From Chloroflexota bacterium (lineage in GTDB: Bacteria > Chloroflexota > UBA11872 > UBA12225), in NCBI GenBank assembly GCA_014191415.1, contig BJHB01000003.1, positions 1 to 33,008 of the forward strand: a DNA stretch of 33,008 bases. The letters run 5' to 3'. The first letter of the stretch is position 1; the number at the start of each line of letters is the position of its first letter. The notes under the pieces are model-generated. The model was not told where the DNA came from. It saw only the letters and a program-made list of their open reading frames with translations, and made no database searches. The position numbers and the translations under genes were made by a program. This document shows, piece by piece, positions 1-9,550 of the stretch.

Positions 1-1
1 G

Positions 2-130
2 GCCGAGGCCATGTGGAAATATCGCGCCAGACGGGACTCACTCGTCCCGACCACCGAAACCACGCTCCTACTTGAGGGGTGGATCTGGGATCCGCGCCAT
101 CCGGTGCCAACCGGCACACCTACCGCCTGA
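2..130 (+). CDS. Possible 3' end of a gene entering from the left (hypothetical protein)
   Basis: Frame is open from position 2 (AEAMWKYR...LEGWIWDPRHPVPTGTPTA) to TGA at 128-130. No family recognised. Confidence 0.4.
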   Translation, partial: AEAMWKYRARRDSLVPTTETTLLLEGWIWDPRHPVPTGTPTA

Positions 131-303
131 CCGTAACGAACCCCGTTCCGGTTGCCACTCCGGGCTGCGTTGGCAAAGGGGATTTCAATCCGGAGCAGCG
201 GGGCGCATCTTCTTTGGAGGGATAGGGGTCGGTGCGGCGTGCGAGAATGGCCGGAGACGCCCCGGTGCAAGGAGGCCTGCAATCCGGGGTAAAAGGGCAG
301 GGG

Positions 304-1602
304 ATGTATTGCACGGCCTGCGGAACGGCACTGCTTGCGGATGCGCGCTTCTGCACACGATGCGGACGGCCACGCGACACCCAAGCCGTCACCACGGTGG
401 ATGATGGCAAGCCACGCGAACGCGTGATTGACGTGATCCTGGACTTCAGCGGATCCAAGAATGCGGCCCGGCCCGGCACGTCCATCGCCGAAAGTGACGC
501 GCCAGCACATCCGGAGGCGACGCGATGGGGCGATGTGGTCCCCGCAAACCGCACCAACTACCGGCCTGATGGCATCGGCCTTGCCAACCCACGAATCGTC
601 ACCGCTTCTGACCGGTACACCCCGCCCGTCTCCAAGCGCGCAACTGCCGGTCAAACCATCATCGTGATGGTTGTGCTGTTTGCCCTGCTTGCATGGGCCG
701 GCAACCTGTCCGCGACACGGAACGGCGCGACGCGCGATGGCCAGGCAGGAAGTGCGTCCCCCCAACTGCCTGCCACCGCCGTACCCGCGCCGGTCTCCAA
801 CGAAGCCAAGGCCGAGGCCGTCGCCCTTCTGGGATCGGCCATCTACAAGGTGGAGGAAGGCAACCTCGCGCTTGCCATAGAACAGGCGAGGCAGGCACAG
901 GAGAAGTGGCCCGCCTACGCCGATGCCGCCAACTTCATCGCCGATATCACTCCGAAGGCCACCGCAACTGCCGCCGCCATGCAGGCAAAGGCCACTGCGG
1001 TTGCAGCCGCGCCGGGCGGGTCGGCTGCCGGTCTCCTTAGCGAACGCGACGCCATTGCCCGCGTCCTGCCATCGGTCGTGCACATTGCCACCAACTCAAG
1101 CGTGGGCACCGGCTATGTCGTTCGTGACAACCTCATCGCCACCAACGCCCATGTCGTGTCCACCAACCCCACCGCCGAGATCCGCACCCAGGACGGCAAG
1201 ACCCTCATCGGGCAGGTCGTTGCCCGAGACGCGAAACAGGACATCGCCCTCATCAAGGTGTCTGCAAGCCGGCTTCCGGTAGTGACCCTTGCCAACTCCA
1301 AATCCCTCCGGCCCGGCGACACCCTCATGGCCGTCGGGTATGCCCTCGACCTGCGTGGAGGTCCGTCGATCACGCGCGGGGTGTACTCGACCCACCGCAC
1401 CATGCAGGGCGTCACCTACGTGCAAACCGATGCCCCCCTGAACCCGGGCAACAGTGGCGGCCCCCTCGTGTCGCTCAAGGGCGAGGTAGTTGGCATGAAC
1501 ACCATGGGGCTCAAGAACGACTTCGGTACGGACGTCAGGGGCCTCTACTTCGCCGTCGCCATCGAGGCCATCCAGGCAATCGTCACCACTATCCCGAGGT
1601 AA
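304..1602 (+). CDS. Membrane-anchored trypsin-like (S1C/HtrA-type) serine protease with N-terminal zinc ribbon and no PDZ domain
   Basis: Starts MYCTACG...RFCTRCG (two CxxC). TM segment IIVMVVLFALLAWAG. Triad motifs TNAHVV, DIALI, PGNSGGP. Start at ATG 304 is my choice. Confidence 0.9.
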   Translation: MYCTACGTALLADARFCTRCGRPRDTQAVTTVDDGKPRERVIDVILDFSGSKNAARPGTSIAESDAPAHPEATRWGDVVPANRTNYRPDGIGLANPRIVTASDRYTPPVSKRATAGQTIIVMVVLFALLAWAGNLSATRNGATRDGQAGSASPQLPATAVPAPVSNEAKAEAVALLGSAIYKVEEGNLALAIEQARQAQEKWPAYADAANFIADITPKATATAAAMQAKATAVAAAPGGSAAGLLSERDAIARVLPSVVHIATNSSVGTGYVVRDNLIATNAHVVSTNPTAEIRTQDGKTLIGQVVARDAKQDIALIKVSASRLPVVTLANSKSLRPGDTLMAVGYALDLRGGPSITRGVYSTHRTMQGVTYVQTDAPLNPGNSGGPLVSLKGEVVGMNTMGLKNDFGTDVRGLYFAVAIEAIQAIVTTIPR

Positions 1603-1616
1603 GGGGATCCCCGCCC

Positions 1617-2048
1617 ATGAAACCACGGATCACCGTCCTGACACTGGGAGTTGACGACCTCGAACGCGCCGTCCGCTTCTACCGCGATGGTCTGGGGTTC
1701 CCCACAGAAGGGATCGTGGGTACCGAGTTCATCCATGGGGCGGTCGCTTTCCTGGACCTCGAGGGCGAACTGAAACTAGCCCTCTTTCCCAGGACAAGCA
1801 TCGCCCACGATGCCGGCATTCCCGCCGAACCGCCCAACGGACCGGGACGCACCGAGATGACCATTGGCCACAACGTTGCGTCTGAGGCCGAAGTGGATGC
1901 CACCATGGTCCGCGCACTGGAAGCGGGCGCGGTGATCGTGAAGCCGGCGCAGGCGACGTTCTGGGGAGGGTACGCCGGTTACTTCCAGGACCCGGACCGA
2001 CACCTCTGGGAAGTCGTCTGGAATCCCCATTGGGGTTTACCCGGATGA
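1617..2048 (+). CDS. VOC/glyoxalase family protein
   Basis: ITVLTLGVDDLERAVRFY and FWGGYAGYFQDPDRHLWEV motifs. GGGGA RBS upstream. Confidence 0.92.
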   Translation: MKPRITVLTLGVDDLERAVRFYRDGLGFPTEGIVGTEFIHGAVAFLDLEGELKLALFPRTSIAHDAGIPAEPPNGPGRTEMTIGHNVASEAEVDATMVRALEAGAVIVKPAQATFWGGYAGYFQDPDRHLWEVVWNPHWGLPG

Positions 2049-2216
2049 AATTGCGCCGTCCCTGCCCTGTGGTGTTTCAAGGTGGCAGCGACGCGCAGTA
2101 GCGAGATGCAGGTAATCAATCGGCGGTGGGGTGGTCGGGATCAGCCGTCTGGCGTGATGGGGCGCACAACTGCCGCGTGACACCGGATTCACTGGCGCGC
2201 CCACGGAATTGTCATC

Positions 2217-3008
2217 ATGACCGCCAAAGTTCCCAAGCCTCACGTCTCTCCCCGGGTGCTCCTTCTCTTGGGACAACCGGATGGACAGATCACCCAGTTC
2301 CATAACCAGCCCGCGCACTGGGCGTCTCTCGGTTCCCTGCTCCGCGCCTGCGATGCCCGGTCCCGTGTGGTGACCGACGACATCCGCATCCTGACCCCGG
2401 AAAGCCTCGCCAAAATCGACGTGATCGTGAATGCCTCGACGGCCTTGCGTCCAAGTGACCGGGAGTACTTTGCGATCCAGTCGCGTATCGATGCCGGGGC
2501 GGGCTACGTTGGCGTGCACGTCGCGAACACCGTCCACCTCACGTCGCCGAATTTCCTGCACGCAGTGGACGTGGCGCCGCCTCCGAGGGTCTCGCTCTCT
2601 CCCACCATGAGTGTCCGCATCCTTTCTCAGGTGCACCCCATCACCGCTGGTCTTGAGGATTACGATCACGACGATAACGATGAGTTCTACGAGATCACCG
2701 GTGACTTCGGCGACCGCCCGAACCTTGTCACCGTCCGCGAGGATTGCACCCTTGCCACCGCCGATGGTCACCCGATGGTCTACGTGACCACTCACGGGAG
2801 TGGACGGGTTGTCTTCCTGGCGTCGCGACACGACCGGCGCTCACTTGACCACCCAACCTTCCGCACCCTTTTCACCCGGGCCGTCGATTGGGTCTCCCCC
2901 CTGCAACCGTTAGCGAAGCGTCATTCAATGACCGATGCGGTGGGGACTTGCCCGCGACCTGGCCGGTTCAGATCAGGGCATCGGCCGGAACGGCGCGGTA
3001 ATCAGTAA
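2217..3008 (+). CDS. ThuA-like (class I glutamine amidotransferase-like fold) protein
   Basis: GAGYVGVH, HPITAGL..DEFY and GSGRVVF..SRHD motifs typical of the ThuA family. The 3' tail overlaps the convergent gene by 36 nt. Confidence 0.8.
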   Translation: MTAKVPKPHVSPRVLLLLGQPDGQITQFHNQPAHWASLGSLLRACDARSRVVTDDIRILTPESLAKIDVIVNASTALRPSDREYFAIQSRIDAGAGYVGVHVANTVHLTSPNFLHAVDVAPPPRVSLSPTMSVRILSQVHPITAGLEDYDHDDNDEFYEITGDFGDRPNLVTVREDCTLATADGHPMVYVTTHGSGRVVFLASRHDRRSLDHPTFRTLFTRAVDWVSPLQPLAKRHSMTDAVGTCPRPGRFRSGHRPERRGNQ

Positions 3009-4052
3009 CGCCCACTGCCGGTTGGCGTGGCGGGTGCGTCCAGCGTTGTGCGGCGTGTGCACCACGTTCGCCCGCCCAAGCAACGGGTCATCCAGTGGCA
3101 CGGGTTCCACGTCAAAGACGTCGGCCGCTAGGGCAATCTCGTCGGCAAGCACGCGCCGGCGCACCGCCGCGGTGTCACAGACCCCCGCGCGCGTCGCCCA
3201 GATCACCAGTGATCCGTGGGGCAATGCGTCCACGAGATCGGCGGTGACTAGCCCGCGGGTCGCCGGGATCAGCGGAACCAGAGGGGCAAAGATCTCGGCA
3301 TCGGACACCAGGCGGTCCAGATGCCATTCGCGCCGTGCCCCTGCCCGATGGAATGCCGGTTCCGGGGCGTGCGGATCGTAGACCGACACATCCGCACCGA
3401 GGGATGCACAGAACGATGCATACCGGCTACCGATATTGCCCGCCCCGATTACCCGCACGCGCTTGCCGGCGATGGTGCCACTGGTGAAGCGGTCATCGTC
3501 CCCGAACTGGGCACCACGGTGTGCGAACGGGCGGTCACCACCACCCGGCGAGTAATCCCAGACGCGCAGGTCGGATTGCATCGCCTGATGCAGTTGCGGG
3601 ATGCGACGCAACCCGGACAGCGTAAGTGCAAGGGCATATTCGGCCACCGACTGCCCCCAGAACCCTTCGGCGGTGTGGGCGTGGTGCCGGATGCCGGACG
3701 AGGCGAAGACCGCAGCGAGATCCTCGGAGACCCCTGACCCATATCCCGACCGGGGCGAGAGGGCTACCTCACGCAGCGATGGCAGGTATTCCAAGTCGGC
3801 TGGCACCATCGGAATTCCGAGGGAGATCAGTTGGGCTATCTGCGAAGGATCGATCCCGGCACGACGCACAAGGTCACCGACCGTCACGGTTGACGGTGCA
3901 TCGTGACGCAACAGCGTTACCGGAACCGGCCCGGCCCAGACTTGATGCAAGGCTTCTGCCACCAGTGGCCACGTTGCCTCCCAGTGGGGATCGACGACGA
4001 TCAGACGGTGCGGAGACCCGTCATCACCCGCAGGAAACCCGGTTCCTGGCAT
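2973..4052 (-). CDS. D-isomer-specific 2-hydroxyacid dehydrogenase (NAD-binding)
   Basis: SVAEYAL, GAGNIG Rossmann motif, TRAG, DVFDVEP, TPHNAG. Start uncertain (ATG at 4052 follows GGGGGA). Confidence 0.88.
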   Translation of the reverse strand: MPGTGFPAGDDGSPHRLIVVDPHWEATWPLVAEALHQVWAGPVPVTLLRHDAPSTVTVGDLVRRAGIDPSQIAQLISLGIPMVPADLEYLPSLREVALSPRSGYGSGVSEDLAAVFASSGIRHHAHTAEGFWGQSVAEYALALTLSGLRRIPQLHQAMQSDLRVWDYSPGGGDRPFAHRGAQFGDDDRFTSGTIAGKRVRVIGAGNIGSRYASFCASLGADVSVYDPHAPEPAFHRAGARREWHLDRLVSDAEIFAPLVPLIPATRGLVTADLVDALPHGSLVIWATRAGVCDTAAVRRRVLADEIALAADVFDVEPVPLDDPLLGRANVVHTPHNAGRTRHANRQWALLITAPFRPMP

Positions 4053-4440
4053 GTGTCCCCCGCCCGATTGCGCTGTCACTGCACCTGGCTCCACCATCAG
4101 ATCGTCACCCCCTGCGCGCCACCGTAGCACCATCCGGGGCCGACCGGCCATCGGGGATGGGAACCGAACGTTTCGCGACCACCTTGGTCACCGATGCCTC
4201 ATGCCGGGACGATCCGGATGCGACACCGTTGCCACGATCCATGCCGACCCTTTCCGGAACCGTGCGCCGGCACTCCCCACAGCAAGGCGATCAAAACTGA
4301 CAGAAACCGATGGCGACCCCCCCGGGTTGCCCGTGGGAAACCTGACCCCAATCTGTAACGGCACGTCCGGCCCGGCCTCTGGCGGCACAATGAAACGCCG
4401 GTCTATTCTTGGTCTGACTTTGACAGTCCGGAGGGAAGAG

Positions 4441-5874
4441 ATGGCCAGAACCATTCCCGCGCTACCACCGGCATTTGCACACGATGCATCAGATGCCACT
4501 GGTTCCGGAGCGAACGGCCTGCGCCGAGACCCATTGGTCCTGCCGGAAGACGAGGGTGGCCTCGTACGGATGGTCGCCGACAGGGACCTTCTGGATCCGC
4601 TTGCGGGGAACACACCGTCCTTCTCCGCCGAGACATCGCCGGAAGGCACCTCCACAACGTCAGGCAAGACATCCGTGCCCTTGTTCCGGCGCGTCCGCGA
4701 AAGATTGCCGGCCCCGCCAGATCACATCCTGGCCGAGATTGAACGCAAGGTGCATGCGGGTGAACGCCTATCCGCCGTCGATGGCATGGCCCTCTTCGCC
4801 GCCCCCGATCTCCTCTGGCTTGGCCGGTTGGCCCGCCACGCGCAACGTCGCATTTCCGGCGACACCGTCTTTTTCAATATCAACCGCCACCTGAACCTGA
4901 CCAACGTCTGCAAGGCCAAGTGCGCCTTCTGCTCCTTCAGGCGTGACGATGGCGAGGCCGGTGCCTACACCATGACCGTCGCCGAGGCGGTCGCGACCGC
5001 ACGCGCGACCGTCGACGCCCTGCCCATCACCGAACTCCACATCGTCAACGGTCTGCACCCGGATCTTCCATTCGATTACTACGTCGACATGCTTCGCGCG
5101 CTTTCGGATGCGTTGCCGAACGTCCACCTCAAGGCTTTCACCGCTGTCGAGATCTGGTGGTTCGCACGCATCACGGGCAAGTCGTATGCGGAAGTCCTGC
5201 ACGAGCTGCGAGAGGCCGGCCTCGGGTCCATGCCCGGTGGCGGTGCCGAGATCTTTGCCCCGGCTGTCCGGCGTCGAATCTGCGGCTACAAATCCACTGC
5301 CGAGGACTGGCTTGCCGTCCACCGCACCGCCCATGGCCTTGGGATCCGCACCAACTCGACGATGCTCTATGGCCACATCGAGACAGCCGCCGACCGCATA
5401 GACCATCTTCTCCGCCTGCGCGAAATGCAGGACAAGACCAATGGGTTCCAGGTCTTCATCCCCCTGCGCTTCCACAACGCCAACAACCGCATGTCTGATC
5501 TGCCGATGGCCACCCCGCTCGAGACGGCGCGTATCTTCGCCATCAGCCGACTGATGCTCGACAACATTCCGCACCTGAAGGCCTACTGGATCATGCTCGG
5601 TCTCGACACCGCGCAGATGCTCCTGGAGTTCGGGGTTGACGATCTGGACGGTACTGTCGTGGAGGAGCGGATCTACCACATGGCTGGGGCGCACACCCCG
5701 CACGAGATGGGACGGAACGAACTCCTGCGGGTGATCCGCGACGCCGGGCGCGAACCGGTGCAACGCGACACCACCTACAACGTGATGCGCCGTTTCTCCC
5801 GCGATGATGATCCGTCGGACAGCCTGCCAACCGCCATGACGGTGCACGCAGGGGCGGTGGGGGCACTGCGGTGA
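4441..5874 (+). CDS. mqnE: Aminofutalosine synthase (radical SAM, futalosine menaquinone pathway)
   Basis: CKAKCAFC radical SAM motif, HLKAFTAVEI, PGGGAEIF, LDNIPHLKAYW (KAYW fits MqnE rather than MqnC). GGAGGGA RBS before ATG 4441. Adjacent to mqnA. Confidence 0.92.
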   Translation: MARTIPALPPAFAHDASDATGSGANGLRRDPLVLPEDEGGLVRMVADRDLLDPLAGNTPSFSAETSPEGTSTTSGKTSVPLFRRVRERLPAPPDHILAEIERKVHAGERLSAVDGMALFAAPDLLWLGRLARHAQRRISGDTVFFNINRHLNLTNVCKAKCAFCSFRRDDGEAGAYTMTVAEAVATARATVDALPITELHIVNGLHPDLPFDYYVDMLRALSDALPNVHLKAFTAVEIWWFARITGKSYAEVLHELREAGLGSMPGGGAEIFAPAVRRRICGYKSTAEDWLAVHRTAHGLGIRTNSTMLYGHIETAADRIDHLLRLREMQDKTNGFQVFIPLRFHNANNRMSDLPMATPLETARIFAISRLMLDNIPHLKAYWIMLGLDTAQMLLEFGVDDLDGTVVEERIYHMAGAHTPHEMGRNELLRVIRDAGREPVQRDTTYNVMRRFSRDDDPSDSLPTAMTVHAGAVGALR

Positions 5875-6764
5875 ACCTGCCCCGCGTCGGCCACATTGCC
5901 TTCCTCAACTGCGCCCCGCATTTGCATGGCCTGGAAATGCGACGCGGTTCTGACCGGATGCATCTGCAGCCGGGAGTGCCAAGCGCACTCAACCGGCAAA
6001 TCCTGGCTGGGGAACTCGACATCTCTCCGATGTCCTCGATCGAATACCTGCGTAACGCCGGCGACCTCTGCCTGCTTCCTGATCTGGGGATCGCCTCCGA
6101 TGGGCCGGTGATGAGCATCGCCCTCGTATCGTCGGTGCCACCAACCAGTCTCGATGGTGCGCGGGTCGGACTGACGTCCATGTCGGCAACGTCCTGGGTC
6201 CTGGCGAAGATTCTCCTGCGGGAATGGTGGGGGGTCTCGCCAGTCTTCGTGCCGGAGATGCCGGGAGCAGGTGGTCTCCACGGACCGTCGGACTCGTCAC
6301 CGGCGCGCAAGAATGAGGCGACCGACCCGCTGGTGGCGCGTCTCCTGATCGGCGACCCGGCCTTGCGTGCCCTCTGGAAGCCTGAACCCGGCACGTGGAC
6401 CATCGATCTCGGGCAGGAATGGACCCGGCATACCGGCCACTGCATGGTCTACGCGGTCTGGGCGGCGCGTCGTGCCTACGCTGAACGGTATCCGGAGACC
6501 GTCGCGGAGGTGACATCAATCCTTACACAAGCCCGCGACGCTGGACTGCGTGACGCCCCGGCACTGGCGCGGCGCCTTGCCCCGCTGGAGAACCTGCCGG
6601 CGTCCCTGCTGGAACGCTATTTTTCCACCTTGCGTTACGGTTTCGGTCCGCGTGAACTCGATGGACTGAACGCCTTTGCCGATGGTGCCGTGCGCGTTGG
6701 AGACTTGCCGTCGCTCCCTCACCTTGCGTGGACGTCCCCCGGCGCCGTTGCAACGGCGGCGTGA
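5871..6764 (+). CDS. mqnA: Chorismate dehydratase (futalosine pathway)
   Basis: RVGHIAFLNCAP, SDGPVMSI, SATS, LLIGDPAL, DLGQEW...MVYAVW. GTGA overlap with the mqnE stop. Confidence 0.9.
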   Translation: MNLPRVGHIAFLNCAPHLHGLEMRRGSDRMHLQPGVPSALNRQILAGELDISPMSSIEYLRNAGDLCLLPDLGIASDGPVMSIALVSSVPPTSLDGARVGLTSMSATSWVLAKILLREWWGVSPVFVPEMPGAGGLHGPSDSSPARKNEATDPLVARLLIGDPALRALWKPEPGTWTIDLGQEWTRHTGHCMVYAVWAARRAYAERYPETVAEVTSILTQARDAGLRDAPALARRLAPLENLPASLLERYFSTLRYGFGPRELDGLNAFADGAVRVGDLPSLPHLAWTSPGAVATAA

Positions 6765-6790
6765 GGTCCGGCCAGTCTGGGATTTCCCTA

Positions 6791-7130
6791 CGCGCGCATG
6801 TCCTCCCTGGGAGCGCCGGCCTTCACACGTCCGGGATACCGCTACGGTGGGTTCCACTCTGGTCCGCGGGCATCCTTGCCCGCAGTTTTCTTGTCGGTTC
6901 CGTGGCACGTCCCTGAAGCCTGAACTTTGGTCCGGGTGCGGATGGGTGAAGCCTGTCTGGGGATACTTCGACGTAGGACCGGAGCGGGAACCAAACGGGT
7001 ACGTGCGGGCAGGGATGGCCGCGGACCAATGTTCCTCGCACCACTGCCTTCTCACTCTTCCGGACAGTTCTTGGCGCCCACTTCGCGCGCGCATGACCTC
7101 CCTGGGAGCGCCGACGCCCTCGCCGGCAGG
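6791..7130. repeat. Mosaic of REP-like palindromic units (BIME/REPIN-like), locus 1
   Basis: Direct repeat cgcgcgcatgWcctccctgggagcgccg at 6791-6818 and 7086-7113 (27/28). Inverted pair tggtccgcgggcatccttgcccgca at 6860-6884 and 7004-7028 (23/25). Confidence 0.8.
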
Positions 7131-7189
7131 TTCTCACAGGTTCCACCAGACCAAGGTCGCTGGCATGTCACGGGGACGGGGTTGGGGAA

Positions 7190-9550
7190 CTACCTGAGCA
7201 ACTGCAGGACCAGCGAAGGCGATTGGTTTGCTTGGGCAAGCATGGAGATACCCGCCTGTTGAAGGACCTGGGTCCGTACTAGGTCACTCATTGCCTCTGC
7301 GATGTCGGCATCGGTGATCCGGCTTTTCGATGCCGCGGCATTCTCGGTGGCGACCGCAATTGTCCGGGCAGCACTTTCAAGCCTCGCCTGCAACGCACCG
7401 AGGTTCGCACGGGCGGCACTGACCTGATCCACGGCGAGGTCGATGGTTGCAATCGCTGCTGCAGCATCCGTCTGCGTGGAGATCACGAGCGTGCTTCCGG
7501 TCCCGGAACTGATGGACGACACCCCGGACGTGTATGCCGAACCGACCAAGGTGTAATTGGTCTCCTGCAACGCCGATGATGACTGGACCGTCGTGCCACC
7601 GGCAGCGGCCGGACTGGACGAAACGTTCAGGGCCGATAACAGTCCGCCCGTATCGCCGATGGTCGTAAGGGTCACGCGCGAATCAACGACATCGACGGAG
7701 AGGCCTCCGACCATGGTGACCCCGAAGTCTGCCCCGGAACCGGCCAGGGTTCCGGTGGTGCTGTTCCCAACCGCACCGGCGGCACGCAAGGCGGTCTGGA
7801 TCCGGGTGCCAACCGTGCCAAGGGTGTCGGTCGTGGCATAGGCGACCGTCACCGTTTCGGTCTGGGCCGCCGTATTCACTGCCGATCCAGTCACGGTTGC
7901 GCCGGTCCCGGAAAGACCGAGGGCCGAGGCCAGGGTGCCAGAGACGTCGGACACGGCAAGCGAGACATCGGAATCGTTCGATGCGATCGCGAGGACACCG
8001 GCACTGTAGGTGGCGGTAGCCCCCGCCAGGCTGCCAATCGTGCTGTACGCAACATCGCCCGCATTACCGAGTGCCAGCATCACGCGGGCACGCACTGCCT
8101 CGATGGTGTCCGATGCGGTGTATGCCACATCGATGGTCTCGGTCTGCGCGGCGGTCTGCTTGCCTGTTCCCTGCTGCTGGGATGCCTTGGTCGACCCGGT
8201 CAATCCCAACAGGGATGCCAAGGTTCCGGTCACATCCGTGATCGTCATCTTGTCGGTGTTGTTTGATCCCGCTGGGGCGATGTCGATGGTCATGGTGCCC
8301 GCGGTTGTGGAGCCAAAATCCGCAGTCGATGCGACGCCAAGGTCACCACTGCCACCATCCGGAGGCCATTCGTAGTCGTAGAGGAGGCCAGCTGTCCTGA
8401 TTGCGATTGCATCCAGGGTCTCATCGGCGGTGTACGAGACATCGACTGTGGTTGGGTTTGCACTGTTCCCGGCGGCGTTGTCGAAACGTACCCGGAAGGT
8501 GCCCGAGGTTGATCCCATCTCACCCGCAGTCACCGTCTGGTTCGCCGAACGGACCGAGGCAACGGTAGCGGTGACACGGATCGTTCCCGAACTGGTGACC
8601 CCGATCTCCGCCAGAGTGGCCGTCGAGGAGGCGCCTCCGCTTCCCGCAGCTACATCGGTCACGAACGAAAGCGATCCTCCTGCGGAGATGCCTAACTCGG
8701 CGATGGTTGATCCTGCCGTTGCCGTCTGCCTCGCGGTTGTGGGCGAGTACGTACCGAACATCGACGAAAGCAACGCCCCGGTATCTGCCGTGACAGTTGC
8801 AGACGCACTCCCCGAATCCAGTTTCAGCGCCCCGCCGGTCACCGTGGCGGTCACCCCGCTCGTGCCACTGACGGCGTTGATGGTGTCACGCAGGTCAAAG
8901 ATCGTGTCCACGGCGGCGTTGTAGTTCAGGCCCGTGGATACCCCGACGCTGAACGTGTACGCCCCCGTTGAGATGTTCGAATCCAGTGAGGAGAGGGATG
9001 CAACGTCTCCGAGGTCTTCGGCCCGAACCGCACTGATGGTCAGTGATGACAGTACTGACGACGACCCGGAGTCGGCACCAAGTTGAAGAGAAAGGCCACT
9101 CCCGGCATTGTGCAAGGAGACTGCACTGTTCTTGTCGAGCAAGTTGATGCCGTTGAAGTTTGTCGCGGAGGCAATCCGGTCCACCTCGGAGACGAGTTGG
9201 TTGACCTCTGTCTGGAGGTTTGCGCGGTCGGATGATGACAAAGTGTCGTTGGACGCCTGGACGGCGAGTTCGCGCATCCGGCCCAGGAGGCGGTGTGTCT
9301 CGGCCATGGCCCCCTCGGCAATCTGCACGAGACCGATGGCATCCTGCGCGTTGCGCGAGGCCTGTCCGAGACCGCGCACTTGATTGCGCAACCGTTCGGA
9401 AACCGCCATCCCGGCGGAATCATCGCTGGCACGGTTGATTCGCAGGCCGGTTGCAAGGCGTTCGGCGGTTCGCGCGTAGGCGTCCTGTGTTGCACCCAGG
9501 CTTCGCTGGGCGGTCACTGACGACAGGTTGAAGTTGATCCGCAGCGACAC
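7190..9550 (-). CDS. fliC: Flagellin with a large hypervariable region
   Basis: N-terminal SLRINFN...RLATGLRINRASDDSAG...RMRELAVQASN. C-terminal RANLGALQARL...SRITDAD...QQAGISMLAQANQSPSLVLQLL. GTG start. Confidence 0.96.
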   Translation of the reverse strand: MSLRINFNLSSVTAQRSLGATQDAYARTAERLATGLRINRASDDSAGMAVSERLRNQVRGLGQASRNAQDAIGLVQIAEGAMAETHRLLGRMRELAVQASNDTLSSSDRANLQTEVNQLVSEVDRIASATNFNGINLLDKNSAVSLHNAGSGLSLQLGADSGSSSVLSSLTISAVRAEDLGDVASLSSLDSNISTGAYTFSVGVSTGLNYNAAVDTIFDLRDTINAVSGTSGVTATVTGGALKLDSGSASATVTADTGALLSSMFGTYSPTTARQTATAGSTIAELGISAGGSLSFVTDVAAGSGGASSTATLAEIGVTSSGTIRVTATVASVRSANQTVTAGEMGSTSGTFRVRFDNAAGNSANPTTVDVSYTADETLDAIAIRTAGLLYDYEWPPDGGSGDLGVASTADFGSTTAGTMTIDIAPAGSNNTDKMTITDVTGTLASLLGLTGSTKASQQQGTGKQTAAQTETIDVAYTASDTIEAVRARVMLALGNAGDVAYSTIGSLAGATATYSAGVLAIASNDSDVSLAVSDVSGTLASALGLSGTGATVTGSAVNTAAQTETVTVAYATTDTLGTVGTRIQTALRAAGAVGNSTTGTLAGSGADFGVTMVGGLSVDVVDSRVTLTTIGDTGGLLSALNVSSSPAAAGGTTVQSSSALQETNYTLVGSAYTSGVSSISSGTGSTLVISTQTDAAAAIATIDLAVDQVSAARANLGALQARLESAARTIAVATENAAASKSRITDADIAEAMSDLVRTQVLQQAGISMLAQANQSPSLVLQLLR

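Noticed and set aside
4051-4440. Longer mqnE start, or a riboswitch in this region
   Set aside because: It overlaps the divergent gene, a good RBS precedes 4441, and I recognised no riboswitch consensus.
6791-7130. CRISPR array
   Set aside because: The copies are few, of mixed orientation and irregular spacing, and there are no cas genes.
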